A DNA stretch of 32,000 nucleotides from Synechococcus sp. A15-28 (GTDB lineage Bacteria > Cyanobacteriota > Cyanobacteriia > PCC-6307 > Cyanobiaceae). How positions within the stretch are numbered: the first letter of the stretch is position 1; every line of letters begins with the position of its first letter. The translations under genes were made by a program, and so were the position numbers. Shown one piece after another: positions 1 through 8,656 of this stretch. The stretch is from contig NZ_CP047931.1 in the NCBI RefSeq assembly GCF_014280175.1, positions 930,001 to 962,000 of the forward strand. The letters are read 5' to 3'. The notes beneath the pieces were generated by a model, which saw only the letters and a list, made by a program, of their open reading frames with translations, made no database searches and had not been told where the DNA came from.

Positions 1-1
1 C

Positions 2-2287
2 ACCGACTTCTGCATTGAACGCCGTGGTGAAGTGATCGACTACGTCACCGAACGCTACGGCGACGACAAGGTGGCGCAGATCATCACGTTCAACCGGATG
101 ACGTCCAAAGCAGTGCTGAAGGATGTGGCCCGGGTGCTGGATATTCCCTATGGCGATGCCGACCGTCTGGCGAAGTTGATCCCGGTTGTCCGCGGAAAAC
201 CCGCCAAGTTGAAGGCCATGATCGGCGAGGAGTCACCAACGCCGGAATTCCGAGAAAAATATGAATCCGATCCGGTGGTCAAGCGCTGGGTGGATATGGC
301 GATGCGAATCGAGGGGACCAACAAAACCTTCGGTGTGCATGCCGCCGGTGTTGTGATCGCTGCTGATCCGTTGGATGAATTGGTGCCATTGCAGCGCAAC
401 AACGATGGTCAGGTGATCACGCAGTACTTCATGGAAGATGTGGAATCCATGGGGTTGCTGAAGATGGATTTCCTGGGGTTGAAGAACCTCACGATGATTG
501 AGAAAACCCTGGAGTTGGTGGAAGTCAGCAGCGGCAACCGCATTGATCCCGATAAACTTCCTCCGGAAGATGAGGAAACGTTTTCTCTGCTTGCTCGGGG
601 TGATCTCGAAGGGATTTTCCAGCTGGAGTCGAGCGGTATGCGCCAGATTGTTCGTGACCTCAAGCCGTCATCCCTGGAAGATATTTCATCAATTCTTGCC
701 CTGTACAGACCCGGCCCTCTTGATGCAGGTTTGATCCCAAAATTCATCAATCGTAAACATGGCCGCGAAGCGATTGACTTCGCTCACGCGATTCTGGAAC
801 CGATTCTGAGTGAAACTTACGGAATCATGGTTTACCAGGAACAGATCATGCGCATCGCGCAGGATCTTGCGGGATATTCACTGGGGCAGGCGGATCTGTT
901 GCGCCGGGCTATGGGTAAGAAGAAGGTGTCGGAAATGCAGAAGCACCGTGGCATCTTCGTGAAGGGTGCATCAGAGCGCGGTGTTGATGACAAGGTTGCC
1001 GACGAATTGTTTGATCAGATGGTGCTCTTTGCTGAGTACTGCTTCAACAAGAGTCATTCCACGGCCTATGGCGCCGTGACCTACCAAACCGCATACCTCA
1101 AGGCGCATTATCCTGTGGCCTACATGGCTGCTTTGCTCACGGTCAATGCCGGTGCGGCCGACAAGGTGCAGCGCTACATCGCGAATTGCAATGCCATGGG
1201 CATCGAAGTCATGCCCCCTGATGTCAATGCCTCCCTGACGGATTTCACCCCCAACGGCGATCGCATTCTGTTTGGTCTGTCCGCCGTTCGAAATCTCGGC
1301 GATGGTGCCATTCGTCAGTTGATTCGTTCACGGAACAGCGATGGTCCCTTCCGATCGCTTCCTGATCTCTGCGATCGGGTCCCTTCGTCGGTGCTCAACC
1401 GCCGCGGGCTGGAGTCTCTGATCCATTGCGGCGCTTTGGATTCCATGGAGCCTTCCGCCAACCGGGCTCAATTGATGGCTGATCTCGATCTTCTCCTCGA
1501 CTGGGCCTCGTCAAGGGCCAAGGATCGAGATAGCGGTCAGGGCAATCTGTTCGACCTGATGGCAGCTCCGGACGATTCGGATGGTGCCTCTGATCTCAGC
1601 CTCGCCCCGAAGGCTGCTCCCGTGGCTGATTACGGTCCCGCAGAGAAGCTGAAGCTGGAAAAGGAGTTGCTCGGCTTCTACCTTTCGGACCATCCGCTGA
1701 AGCAGCTCACACCCAGTGCCCGCCTCCTTGCACCCATTGGCTTAGGAGCCCTTGAGGAGCAACCGGACAAGACCAAGGTCAGTGCAGTCACGATGATCAC
1801 CGAGTTGCGTCAGGTCACCACCCGCAAAGGGGATCGGATGGCGATTCTTCAGCTGGAAGACCTTTCCGGCAGCTGCGAAGCAGTGGTTTTTCCCAAGAGT
1901 TATGCCCGACTGGCGGACCATCTGATGACCGAAGCCCGTCTGTTGGTGTGGGCCGGCGTGGATCGACGGGACGATCGCGTTCAGTTGATCATTGACGACT
2001 GCCGGGCCATTGATAATTTAACCGTGCTTCTGGTGGAGCTTTCCTCTCAGCAAGCCAGTGACATCGCCATTCAGCACAAGTTGAGGGAATGTCTGAACCA
2101 ATACCGACCGGACCGGGAGGAGCTGGGCGTCAAGGTGCCCGTTATTGCAGCGGTCCGCGATAGTCAATCAGTTCGCTACGTCCGGCTGGGTTCTCAGTTC
2201 TGCGTCAAAGATGCTGATGCAGCTCTGCAAGCGTTATCAGCCCAGGCCTTCAATGCCCGGAGTTCGGAGCCAATGGTGCTCGGTTGA
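2..2287 (+). CDS. dnaE: DNA polymerase III alpha subunit, C-terminal portion (5' truncated by window edge)
   Basis: Frame is open from base 2 (TDFCIERRGEVIDYVTERYGDDKVAQIITFNRM...); typical DnaE motifs such as IFQLESSGMRQIVRDLKP, LYRPGPL, YQEQIMRIAQ and YCFNKSHSTAYGAVTYQTAYLKAHYP. Confidence 0.98.
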   Translation, partial: TDFCIERRGEVIDYVTERYGDDKVAQIITFNRMTSKAVLKDVARVLDIPYGDADRLAKLIPVVRGKPAKLKAMIGEESPTPEFREKYESDPVVKRWVDMAMRIEGTNKTFGVHAAGVVIAADPLDELVPLQRNNDGQVITQYFMEDVESMGLLKMDFLGLKNLTMIEKTLELVEVSSGNRIDPDKLPPEDEETFSLLARGDLEGIFQLESSGMRQIVRDLKPSSLEDISSILALYRPGPLDAGLIPKFINRKHGREAIDFAHAILEPILSETYGIMVYQEQIMRIAQDLAGYSLGQADLLRRAMGKKKVSEMQKHRGIFVKGASERGVDDKVADELFDQMVLFAEYCFNKSHSTAYGAVTYQTAYLKAHYPVAYMAALLTVNAGAADKVQRYIANCNAMGIEVMPPDVNASLTDFTPNGDRILFGLSAVRNLGDGAIRQLIRSRNSDGPFRSLPDLCDRVPSSVLNRRGLESLIHCGALDSMEPSANRAQLMADLDLLLDWASSRAKDRDSGQGNLFDLMAAPDDSDGASDLSLAPKAAPVADYGPAEKLKLEKELLGFYLSDHPLKQLTPSARLLAPIGLGALEEQPDKTKVSAVTMITELRQVTTRKGDRMAILQLEDLSGSCEAVVFPKSYARLADHLMTEARLLVWAGVDRRDDRVQLIIDDCRAIDNLTVLLVELSSQQASDIAIQHKLRECLNQYRPDREELGVKVPVIAAVRDSQSVRYVRLGSQFCVKDADAALQALSAQAFNARSSEPMVLG

Positions 2288-2288
2288 T

Positions 2289-2705
2289 TCAGTCGGTCTT
2301 GCTTTGCTGCTTCTGAGCTTTGATCGACTGGCGCATCCTTTGAACGTTGGGTGTCAGATTCTCCAGACCCAGCAATGAACCGGGCTGTGGATCCCAGCTT
2401 GAACTCAGCACTCCGAAGCTGAGACCCACGAGCCCGAGCAGGAAGAAAAAACCGGACCCTGCGAGCGTAAGACCCGGTGCGATGTCTGCAACTCCCTTGG
2501 TGATCAGCAGATAGCTCCCGACAAACACACCCATGCCTGCGACGGTCGGTAAACCGGTGAAGACGGCCACGCGCCGGGCCATCCGGTCAGCGACATATCG
2601 CGGAATGGCTTCCTGACGGATGGCTGGATCACTAGCTCCGCTACTGGACCCCACTTTCCTGGCCCCCTTGGGTTCAAAGGGCAGTGACTGTCGGTCCTCA
2701 GGCAT
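2289..2705 (-). CDS. PAM68-like / DUF3464 family photosystem-assembly-associated membrane protein
   Basis: 138 aa, N-terminal basic soluble part then two hydrophobic segments (VFTGLPTVAGMGVFVGSYLL; GLTLAGSGFFFLLGLVGLSFGVLSSSWDP), matching the cyanobacterial PAM68-like pattern; adjacent to rpsO. Confidence 0.8.
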   Translation of the reverse strand: MPEDRQSLPFEPKGARKVGSSSGASDPAIRQEAIPRYVADRMARRVAVFTGLPTVAGMGVFVGSYLLITKGVADIAPGLTLAGSGFFFLLGLVGLSFGVLSSSWDPQPGSLLGLENLTPNVQRMRQSIKAQKQQSKTD

Positions 2706-2716
2706 GGTGCGCTTGC

Positions 2717-2986
2717 TTAGCCGCGGATGCCCAGTTTGGCGATGATTTCTGTGTACCGTTGTTCGTTCTTGTTGCGCATGTAGCTCAGCAGGCGCTTGCG
2801 GCGTCCAATCATCTTCAGCAGCCCCTGGCGTGAAGAGAAGTCGTGGATGTTGTTCTGAAGGTGGCTGCTGAGGCGGTTGATCCGCTCGCTCAGCATGGCG
2901 ACCTGGACCTCAGCGGAACCCGTGTCGGTGCCGTGGGTCTGGTGGGTGTTGATCAGCTGTTGCTTCTCGGTGGTATCAAGCGACAT
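2717..2986 (-). CDS. rpsO: 30S ribosomal protein S15
   Basis: 89 aa, classic S15 sequence ([22 protein letters not shown]...[23 protein letters not shown]). Confidence 0.98.
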   Translation of the reverse strand: MSLDTTEKQQLINTHQTHGTDTGSAEVQVAMLSERINRLSSHLQNNIHDFSSRQGLLKMIGRRKRLLSYMRNKNEQRYTEIIAKLGIRG

Positions 2987-3041
2987 GCGCGGGGTGCAGC
3001 CCTGTCAGTGCAAACAACTATTTTACCCGGTCAAGGGGCCC

Positions 3042-3647
3042 TCACTCCGACATCAGTTGGATACAGGCCCTCAGCCAGGCGTCGTCGTCTCCACCCGGTG
3101 GGCCTCCCCTGTCGTTGAGCCGTTTGAGAGCGGAGTGGATTTCTTCGGTTTCGTAGCCGAGGGTCTCCAATGTGGGGATCAGCTCCTGAGAAGCGGGATG
3201 GACCTCTGAGGGCTGACCATTCCCAAAGTCAACTCTGTCCTCCAGTTTTGAGCGCAGTTCGAGTGCCATGCGCTCCGCGGTGCGTTTTCCCACCCCCTGG
3301 GCACGACAAAGGGATTTGATGTCGGACTGGACTAATGCCCTCAGCAGCTCTTCCAGTTCGAGGGCATCAAGGAGGGCCAGTGCGGCCTGTGGTCCAACAC
3401 CGCTCACCCCGATGATGTCACGGAAGAGATCCCGCTCCGCGATGGATGCAAATCCGAAGAGTTGAAGGCTCTCAGCGCTCACCACTTGATGAACCCATCG
3501 CTCGTAATCCCTCTCAGTGATGAGGGCGCTCCAGTCCCGTTGAATCAGTTGCACTTCGTAGCCGATTCCCCCCGTGACAATTAGCGCAAAGCTGCGACTG
3601 CCTCGTTGAAAACGGTGCTTGATACTTCCCCGTAACCAGCCGATCAT
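3042..3647 (-). CDS. ruvA: Holliday junction branch migration protein RuvA
   Basis: MIGWLRGSI...GIGYEVQL...GVSGVGPQAALALLD...CRAQGVGKRTAERMALELRSKL: RuvA OB-fold and HhH signatures. Confidence 0.96.
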   Translation of the reverse strand: MIGWLRGSIKHRFQRGSRSFALIVTGGIGYEVQLIQRDWSALITERDYERWVHQVVSAESLQLFGFASIAERDLFRDIIGVSGVGPQAALALLDALELEELLRALVQSDIKSLCRAQGVGKRTAERMALELRSKLEDRVDFGNGQPSEVHPASQELIPTLETLGYETEEIHSALKRLNDRGGPPGGDDDAWLRACIQLMSE

Positions 3648-3765
3648 GGCTAACTGTCTATGGCTAAATCTTAAGGGTTGCCTCGCGAAGATGGGATTAA
3701 CAGTCTGTAGTCAATGCTTGACGTCTAATAAACCAGGACTATGATTCATACGAAAAAGAATCTTA

Positions 3766-4110
3766 ATGGTATTAACTCCTGAAAAATTAAGATTAATACC
3801 CATGGTGGTGCTGATTGTGATCGGCTGCTTTGGTCTGCTGACTTCGAAATCGATTCTGCGGTCGCTCTTTTCGCTTGATGTGATCGATACAGCAACAATT
3901 AGTATTTTTGTTCTAATTGCCGCGTCGGCCGGGTCTCAAACACCAATTGTTTCTGATTTTCGCTACAGCTCCTATTCGGATCCATACCCGCAAGCCATTA
4001 TTTTGACCGCAATTGTGATTGGTTTTGCTGCCCAAGCACTTTTGTGTTCGATTGCCCTTCGCCTAGGGCGTAGCTCGCCATTACTGCGATACAAAAATCT
4101 GGAGAAATGA
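3766..4110 (+). CDS. Mrp/Mnh antiporter subunit C-like (NuoK-like) membrane protein
   Basis: About three hydrophobic helices; NuoK-like pattern LLTSKSILRSLFSLDVIDTATISIFVL; first gene of the Mrp cluster; ATGA overlap with the next ORF. An internal Met (MVVLIVIGCFG) could be the true start. Confidence 0.8.
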   Translation: MVLTPEKLRLIPMVVLIVIGCFGLLTSKSILRSLFSLDVIDTATISIFVLIAASAGSQTPIVSDFRYSSYSDPYPQAIILTAIVIGFAAQALLCSIALRLGRSSPLLRYKNLEK

Positions 4111-5654
4111 TGGAATTAAGCATTCTTTTCCCGGCTTTAATTTTTTTGCCAGCAGCCCTAGGCTTTTTAGGTTGCATTTCTCCAAGGATAGTTTTTCCGA
4201 TAAGTATTGCAATGCTGCTTTCTTACGCAGCTCTCGCAGTAAATTCAATTAATTCTGATTTCTCTTACGCATTCACCCTGATCGGCGATGGTGGAATTCA
4301 GTTTTCAATTGACCAATACACCTTTCCCTTGGTATTTGGGAGTTCCGTCACACTCCTGATTTCTTTCGGCCTTTTCTACAAGAAATTTTCTCATTACTTT
4401 TACCAAGTCTGCTTAGTTCTTTTTACGGCTTTACTAATTTCATTTAGTACTGTTGATCTGGTCAGCATGTTTATTGCATTAGAGCTGGTTGGATTTGCAG
4501 CATTCCTGCTCATTGCTGATCGTAATGATAAAAAATCTTTGTTCAATTCTTTTCAGTATTTAATCGGTGGCGGATTGGCCATGCTGATTTATTTGGTTGG
4601 AGTTGTGCAGGCATTTACCTATACCGGCACCTTTCTTATTGCTGACCTTGTGCGTGCTCCTGAAACAGCACTTTGTTTGATTGTTGCAGGCCTACTCACA
4701 AAATCTGGTGTTTTTCTTTGCGGGCTTTGGGTTCCTAATATTTACTCCCATGCCAATTGCCAATCTTCAGCAATCCTGTCTGGATGTGTGACCTGTGCTG
4801 GAATAGCTCCAATTGCACGGATGAGTCAAACTCTCGCACCAATTGGAGATTCCATGGTGGTTATTGGTGTCATTAGTGCCGTGGTTGCTGCAATTTATGC
4901 AGTTTTTGAACGTGAGAGTGGTCGCGCTCTAGGCTGGAGTTCTGTATCACAACTCGGAATTGCAATTTTGTCACCGACCTATGCGTGTATTTATGCGATG
5001 CAGCATGGGATTTGCAAAGCCCTTCTATTTTCGACGTTACACACAAATTCAAGCAGTCAATTACCCCATAACTCTCACAGCGCACTTGGACATCACGGTC
5101 ATCAGTTGTCTACGAAGCATCCACCGATAGAGGAGTTTCTCCGGGTTTTAGTGTTTGTCATTGCCAGTTTATCAATTATGGGTTTTCCCTTCTTAACTGG
5201 CTTTGTCACAAAAAACTGGGTCAAAAGTGACTTACCATATGAAGCCAAAATTATTTACACTACTGCAGCATTATTAACATCGACAGTTTACGCACGTCTG
5301 ATTTACGATAGAACATCTCATTACATCAAAAATTATGGAACGAAATCAATAATTAATCTCCAACACATTAGTCGTAATGTTATTGATATTCTCTCTACGC
5401 CCAGACTTTGGATTTTGATATTCTCCTTTTCGCTTTTAATTGCTTATTCCTTTACTCAAACAGACATTTATTACGCTTCTTCGATAAGTTCTGCAATCAC
5501 TTCTGCAATTCTTGGTGGAATTCTTTTTGTCTCCGTGGTTGGAATCCAAGCTGATGAATTCGTCAAACCTGTTACGAGGACTTTGGATCTCGTGGGAGCG
5601 CCTTTTCTCGTCGCAGCTCTTTTGCTGGCCAATCTCCTGTATTTAAAAATCTGA
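4107..5654 (+). CDS. Mrp/Mnh subunit D-like (ND5/NuoN-like) proton-translocating membrane protein
   Basis: 515 aa multi-TM protein with the conserved glutamate helix (FIALELVGFAAFLLIADR), LLTKSGVFLCGLWVPNIYSHA and YAMQHGICKALLFSTL, matching the NuoL/M/N core pattern. Confidence 0.85.
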   Translation: MMELSILFPALIFLPAALGFLGCISPRIVFPISIAMLLSYAALAVNSINSDFSYAFTLIGDGGIQFSIDQYTFPLVFGSSVTLLISFGLFYKKFSHYFYQVCLVLFTALLISFSTVDLVSMFIALELVGFAAFLLIADRNDKKSLFNSFQYLIGGGLAMLIYLVGVVQAFTYTGTFLIADLVRAPETALCLIVAGLLTKSGVFLCGLWVPNIYSHANCQSSAILSGCVTCAGIAPIARMSQTLAPIGDSMVVIGVISAVVAAIYAVFERESGRALGWSSVSQLGIAILSPTYACIYAMQHGICKALLFSTLHTNSSSQLPHNSHSALGHHGHQLSTKHPPIEEFLRVLVFVIASLSIMGFPFLTGFVTKNWVKSDLPYEAKIIYTTAALLTSTVYARLIYDRTSHYIKNYGTKSIINLQHISRNVIDILSTPRLWILIFSFSLLIAYSFTQTDIYYASSISSAITSAILGGILFVSVVGIQADEFVKPVTRTLDLVGAPFLVAALLLANLLYLKI

Positions 5655-6088
5655 TGGCAAATTTTCTAAGACTGTGCCTTGTTTTGATTTTCCGGCTGAC
5701 GTGCTGGTGCCTTGTCACATCAAACCTCGACCCTAAAAACATTCTATTTGGCCTTCTTATATGCATTTTAATTCCATTTGGTGACTTCAGAAAGCTTCAG
5801 CTTAATGTCCTCATCCCAGAAATACTATTGACTTTGAGATTGCCAATCGATATGTTAAAGGAAAGCATTCAATTAATGTTCATCTCTGAACCTTGCGACT
5901 CATTTGTAGAGGAAAAGGTGAGCGATCGCGCTCGAAGAGGTTCCAAGTATGCCGAGTTTCTTGACTTGTTCCGTATAACATTTACTCCAATGTCATTGGT
6001 CACACGCCGTAAGGATGTGGACTCCTGGAGAGTGCATCTTGTCGTTAATTCTACTGAGGTCAACTCAGAAGGAGGTGATCAAGCATGA
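5654..6088 (+). CDS. Mrp/Mnh subunit E-like protein
   Basis: MrpE-like: NLDPKNILFGLLICILIPF...LRLPIDMLKESIQLMF...FRITFTPMSLVTR...VHLVVNSTEV. TGATG overlap with the upstream ORF and position between D and F. Confidence 0.82.
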   Translation: MANFLRLCLVLIFRLTCWCLVTSNLDPKNILFGLLICILIPFGDFRKLQLNVLIPEILLTLRLPIDMLKESIQLMFISEPCDSFVEEKVSDRARRGSKYAEFLDLFRITFTPMSLVTRRKDVDSWRVHLVVNSTEVNSEGGDQA

Positions 6089-6363
6089 CTACGATACAAG
6101 CCGTTCCAGTGAGCGTTGTTGAGTATGCAGTTATTTACGGCATGCTAGTTATAAGCATGGTTCCTGTCATTGCTATTTCACGCACAAGAGATACCCCTGA
6201 AAGAATCGCATATGCCTCTAGTTTCGGAAGTAAATTAGCTTTAATCATTATCACAGCGGGCATCTTTCGTGGTGATTGGATGATTGGTTGTATTGGAGCT
6301 TTCATTCTTATTGTTGGGGATGCAGGAATGTTGATTCTTTCCCTTTTGGAAATGAAAATTTAA
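6085..6363 (+). CDS. Mrp/Mnh subunit F-like protein
   Basis: 92 aa, three hydrophobic helices, SRTRDTPERIAYASSFGSKLALIIITAG...ILIVGDAGMLILSLLEMK; conserved position between E and G. Confidence 0.8.
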   Translation: MTTIQAVPVSVVEYAVIYGMLVISMVPVIAISRTRDTPERIAYASSFGSKLALIIITAGIFRGDWMIGCIGAFILIVGDAGMLILSLLEMKI

Positions 6364-6364
6364 C

Positions 6365-6631
6365 ATGTTAGAAAATACTTCTACTTCTATTGTCTTTATT
6401 GGTCTTGTTTTCTGGCTCTGGGGAACTTTGCCTATTTTAAATCGACAACATTCAATCTTTTATAAATTACATACTCTTACTGTCGCTGACAGCGTTGGTT
6501 CACTTCTCATTATTTCCGCTTTATTGTTGAGGGCACCTCAATACTGGCCTCTGTTCCTGGTAACAGCTATTTCTCTTTCACTGTGGAATACTGTTCTCAG
6601 CTACATCCTTGGCAATACTTCTGATCGTTAA
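6365..6631 (+). CDS. Mrp/Mnh subunit G-like protein
   Basis: 88 aa, FWLWGTLPILNRQHSIFYKLHTLTVADSVGSLLIISALLL, MrpG-like pattern; operon position. Confidence 0.8.
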   Translation: MLENTSTSIVFIGLVFWLWGTLPILNRQHSIFYKLHTLTVADSVGSLLIISALLLRAPQYWPLFLVTAISLSLWNTVLSYILGNTSDR

Positions 6632-6633
6632 TC

Positions 6634-7170
6634 ATGACTGAATACCTTCGAACGCTACTGCTCTTTCCATTTGAGCTTCTTCTTCCTGTTCTGGGACTGT
6701 TGCTGATTCAGTCCGAGTCGCCTATTAATAGTTTAATATATCGCTCATTTCTCGGAAGCATTGCCGCTCTTATTTATGCACTTATTGGTGCTCCAGATGT
6801 TGCTCTAACAGAGGTCATGGTTGGCACTCTCCTCTCATCATTGATTTATATTGTCACGATACGTTCCTGCTATACAGTCGTTATAATCGTTGACCGAAGT
6901 TCCCCTCCTGATACTGCGTTAAAAGACTCACTCAAATTAATTTTTGACGAACTCCATCTTAAAGTTGTTTATCAAGAGGAGGATATGACTGAATCAATGG
7001 AACACAACTTTCAGTTCCTCTCCTCATCAAAACTATCTGGCTCCCCACATACACTGATGTGTAGAACAACATTCTATGTTGAAGTTAAAACTTTGTTAGA
7101 CGATATTTGTCAAACTACTGCATACAAGCAAAATACTGCACTCTTTCAACTGAAGGAGGCGTTCTCATGA
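6634..7170 (+). CDS. MbhD/DUF4040-like Mrp membrane subunit with a C-terminal soluble extension
   Basis: Contains YRSFLGSIAALIYALIGAPDVALTEVMVGTLLSSLIYIVTIRS (the MrpA C-terminal/MbhD segment) followed by a ~90 aa hydrophilic tail. Confidence 0.78.
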   Translation: MTEYLRTLLLFPFELLLPVLGLLLIQSESPINSLIYRSFLGSIAALIYALIGAPDVALTEVMVGTLLSSLIYIVTIRSCYTVVIIVDRSSPPDTALKDSLKLIFDELHLKVVYQEEDMTESMEHNFQFLSSSKLSGSPHTLMCRTTFYVEVKTLLDDICQTTAYKQNTALFQLKEAFS

Positions 7171-7880
7171 CAATCCTATCCAATCTTCGTCGATTCAGGT
7201 TCACAACTGAAGTAGCAAAATCTGCTCTTTACCTTGCTGCTATTACAGCAGTGATGGCTATGATCCTATTTACGCGAGATGACTCCATAGCTCGCGATAC
7301 TGAACAGATTGTTCAATACTTATCTGACTATACGCAGATTCCTAACGTTGTAACTTCAGTCATTCTTGGGACAAGGCTCTTCGATACGATCGGTGAGGTC
7401 ACTGTATTTACGATTGCTGGTTTAGGTGTGAAGATACTTCTTCACGACGAAGACGCTGAAGAGCAGTTCGTGGGAATTGATGACCAAGTTATTCGTCTTT
7501 TGTTGGACTTTGCGGCACTTTTGAGCTGCTTCCTTGCCATCGATCTTGCCGTTAAAGGGCATTTGACGCCTGGTGGTGGATTTGCCTCTGGTGTTGCCGG
7601 TGCTACATCAATTACACTCCTTATGATTACAGGGCGCATTCAGACAGTGGAAGCCTTCTACTTCGGAGCCAACGCCCCTGCTGTTGAGAAAATAGCCGTT
7701 GTTCTATTCATTCTTGTCGCCTTATTTACCTTCAGTTCTTTCCTTGTATCTGATTCTGTGTTTGCATCAATACCTCCAACAATTTATATTCCAGCTCTTA
7801 ACATCATTGCTGCATTGAAGGTTACTATAGGTTCTTGGTCTATATTGCGTCTTTTCATTGTTAAGAGAGGGGTTCTCTAG
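7167..7880 (+). CDS. MbhE + MnhB-like Mrp subunit (MrpB family)
   Basis: ILGTRLFDTIGEVTVFTIAGLGVKILL and DLAVKGHLTPGGGFASGVAGATSITLLMI. The track start at 7107 overlaps the upstream gene by 64 nt; the ATG at 7167 forms an ATGA overlap and sits behind AAGGAGG, so it is preferred. Confidence 0.86.
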   Translation: MTILSNLRRFRFTTEVAKSALYLAAITAVMAMILFTRDDSIARDTEQIVQYLSDYTQIPNVVTSVILGTRLFDTIGEVTVFTIAGLGVKILLHDEDAEEQFVGIDDQVIRLLLDFAALLSCFLAIDLAVKGHLTPGGGFASGVAGATSITLLMITGRIQTVEAFYFGANAPAVEKIAVVLFILVALFTFSSFLVSDSVFASIPPTIYIPALNIIAALKVTIGSWSILRLFIVKRGVL

Positions 7881-8656
7881 TGATGGCCTATAGAGAGTCG
7901 GATGACTGGTACTTCGGTGATTACCTAGGCCGTATGCCTGGCCGTAGTTATTCACTATTTCTAAACTTTGTTATTATACTACTGTTTGCGCAAATTGCTT
8001 TAACAACTGAACCAACTGCTCACAGCAAGACTGGCGATATATTCCTTGATTTTGCCCTTGAGCTCATTGAGATTTTTTTTGTATGTGATTATATTGGTAA
8101 AATTGCAAACTCTTGGTCTAGATCTGATTACGGCCTGAAAAACCTTTTTGCCATACTATTTTCAAGGTTTGCTTTAATTGATTTTGCTCTTGTGTTTTTA
8201 CTATTGACAGACTTATTTGATAATGATTCTTTTGTAGTAATTTTTACATATGTTTTCAAGGCGCTTTTGTCAATGTACTTTTCTAGTTTTCAATCTGTCA
8301 TCAAGCGCGTCGGATTTATCGTTCTTGATTCACCTGCGTATACTTTTTTCCCGCTTGTCTTGCTCTCAATGGTGACCTATATAATGGCATTTTGTATTTA
8401 TTTGTTGGAGAGAACAAATGATGCTGAACACTTCGGTTCGATTGTACGAGCTTTTTGGTTCTCTATTGTCACGATGACAACTATTGGATATGGCGATGTT
8501 ACACCTACGACTTCGCTCGGAAAAATTCTTGCCATTGCATTCGGTATCATAGGGATTGTATGTGTGGCATTGTTGACGGCAAATATTCTTGAAGCAAATT
8601 CAAAATTTAATGAGCTCCAGTCTGATGCAAAATGCAAAGGTCTGACTCTGAATTAG
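7880..8656 (+). CDS. 6TM-type potassium channel-like protein (ion_trans/ion_trans_2)
   Basis: Selectivity filter TMTTIGYGDVTP followed by a hydrophobic S6-like helix (LGKILAIAFGIIGIVCVALLTANILEA). GTG(7880)ATG(7883); ATG 7883 may be the real start. Confidence 0.88.
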   Translation: MMAYRESDDWYFGDYLGRMPGRSYSLFLNFVIILLFAQIALTTEPTAHSKTGDIFLDFALELIEIFFVCDYIGKIANSWSRSDYGLKNLFAILFSRFALIDFALVFLLLTDLFDNDSFVVIFTYVFKALLSMYFSSFQSVIKRVGFIVLDSPAYTFFPLVLLSMVTYIMAFCIYLLERTNDAEHFGSIVRAFWFSIVTMTTIGYGDVTPTTSLGKILAIAFGIIGIVCVALLTANILEANSKFNELQSDAKCKGLTLN

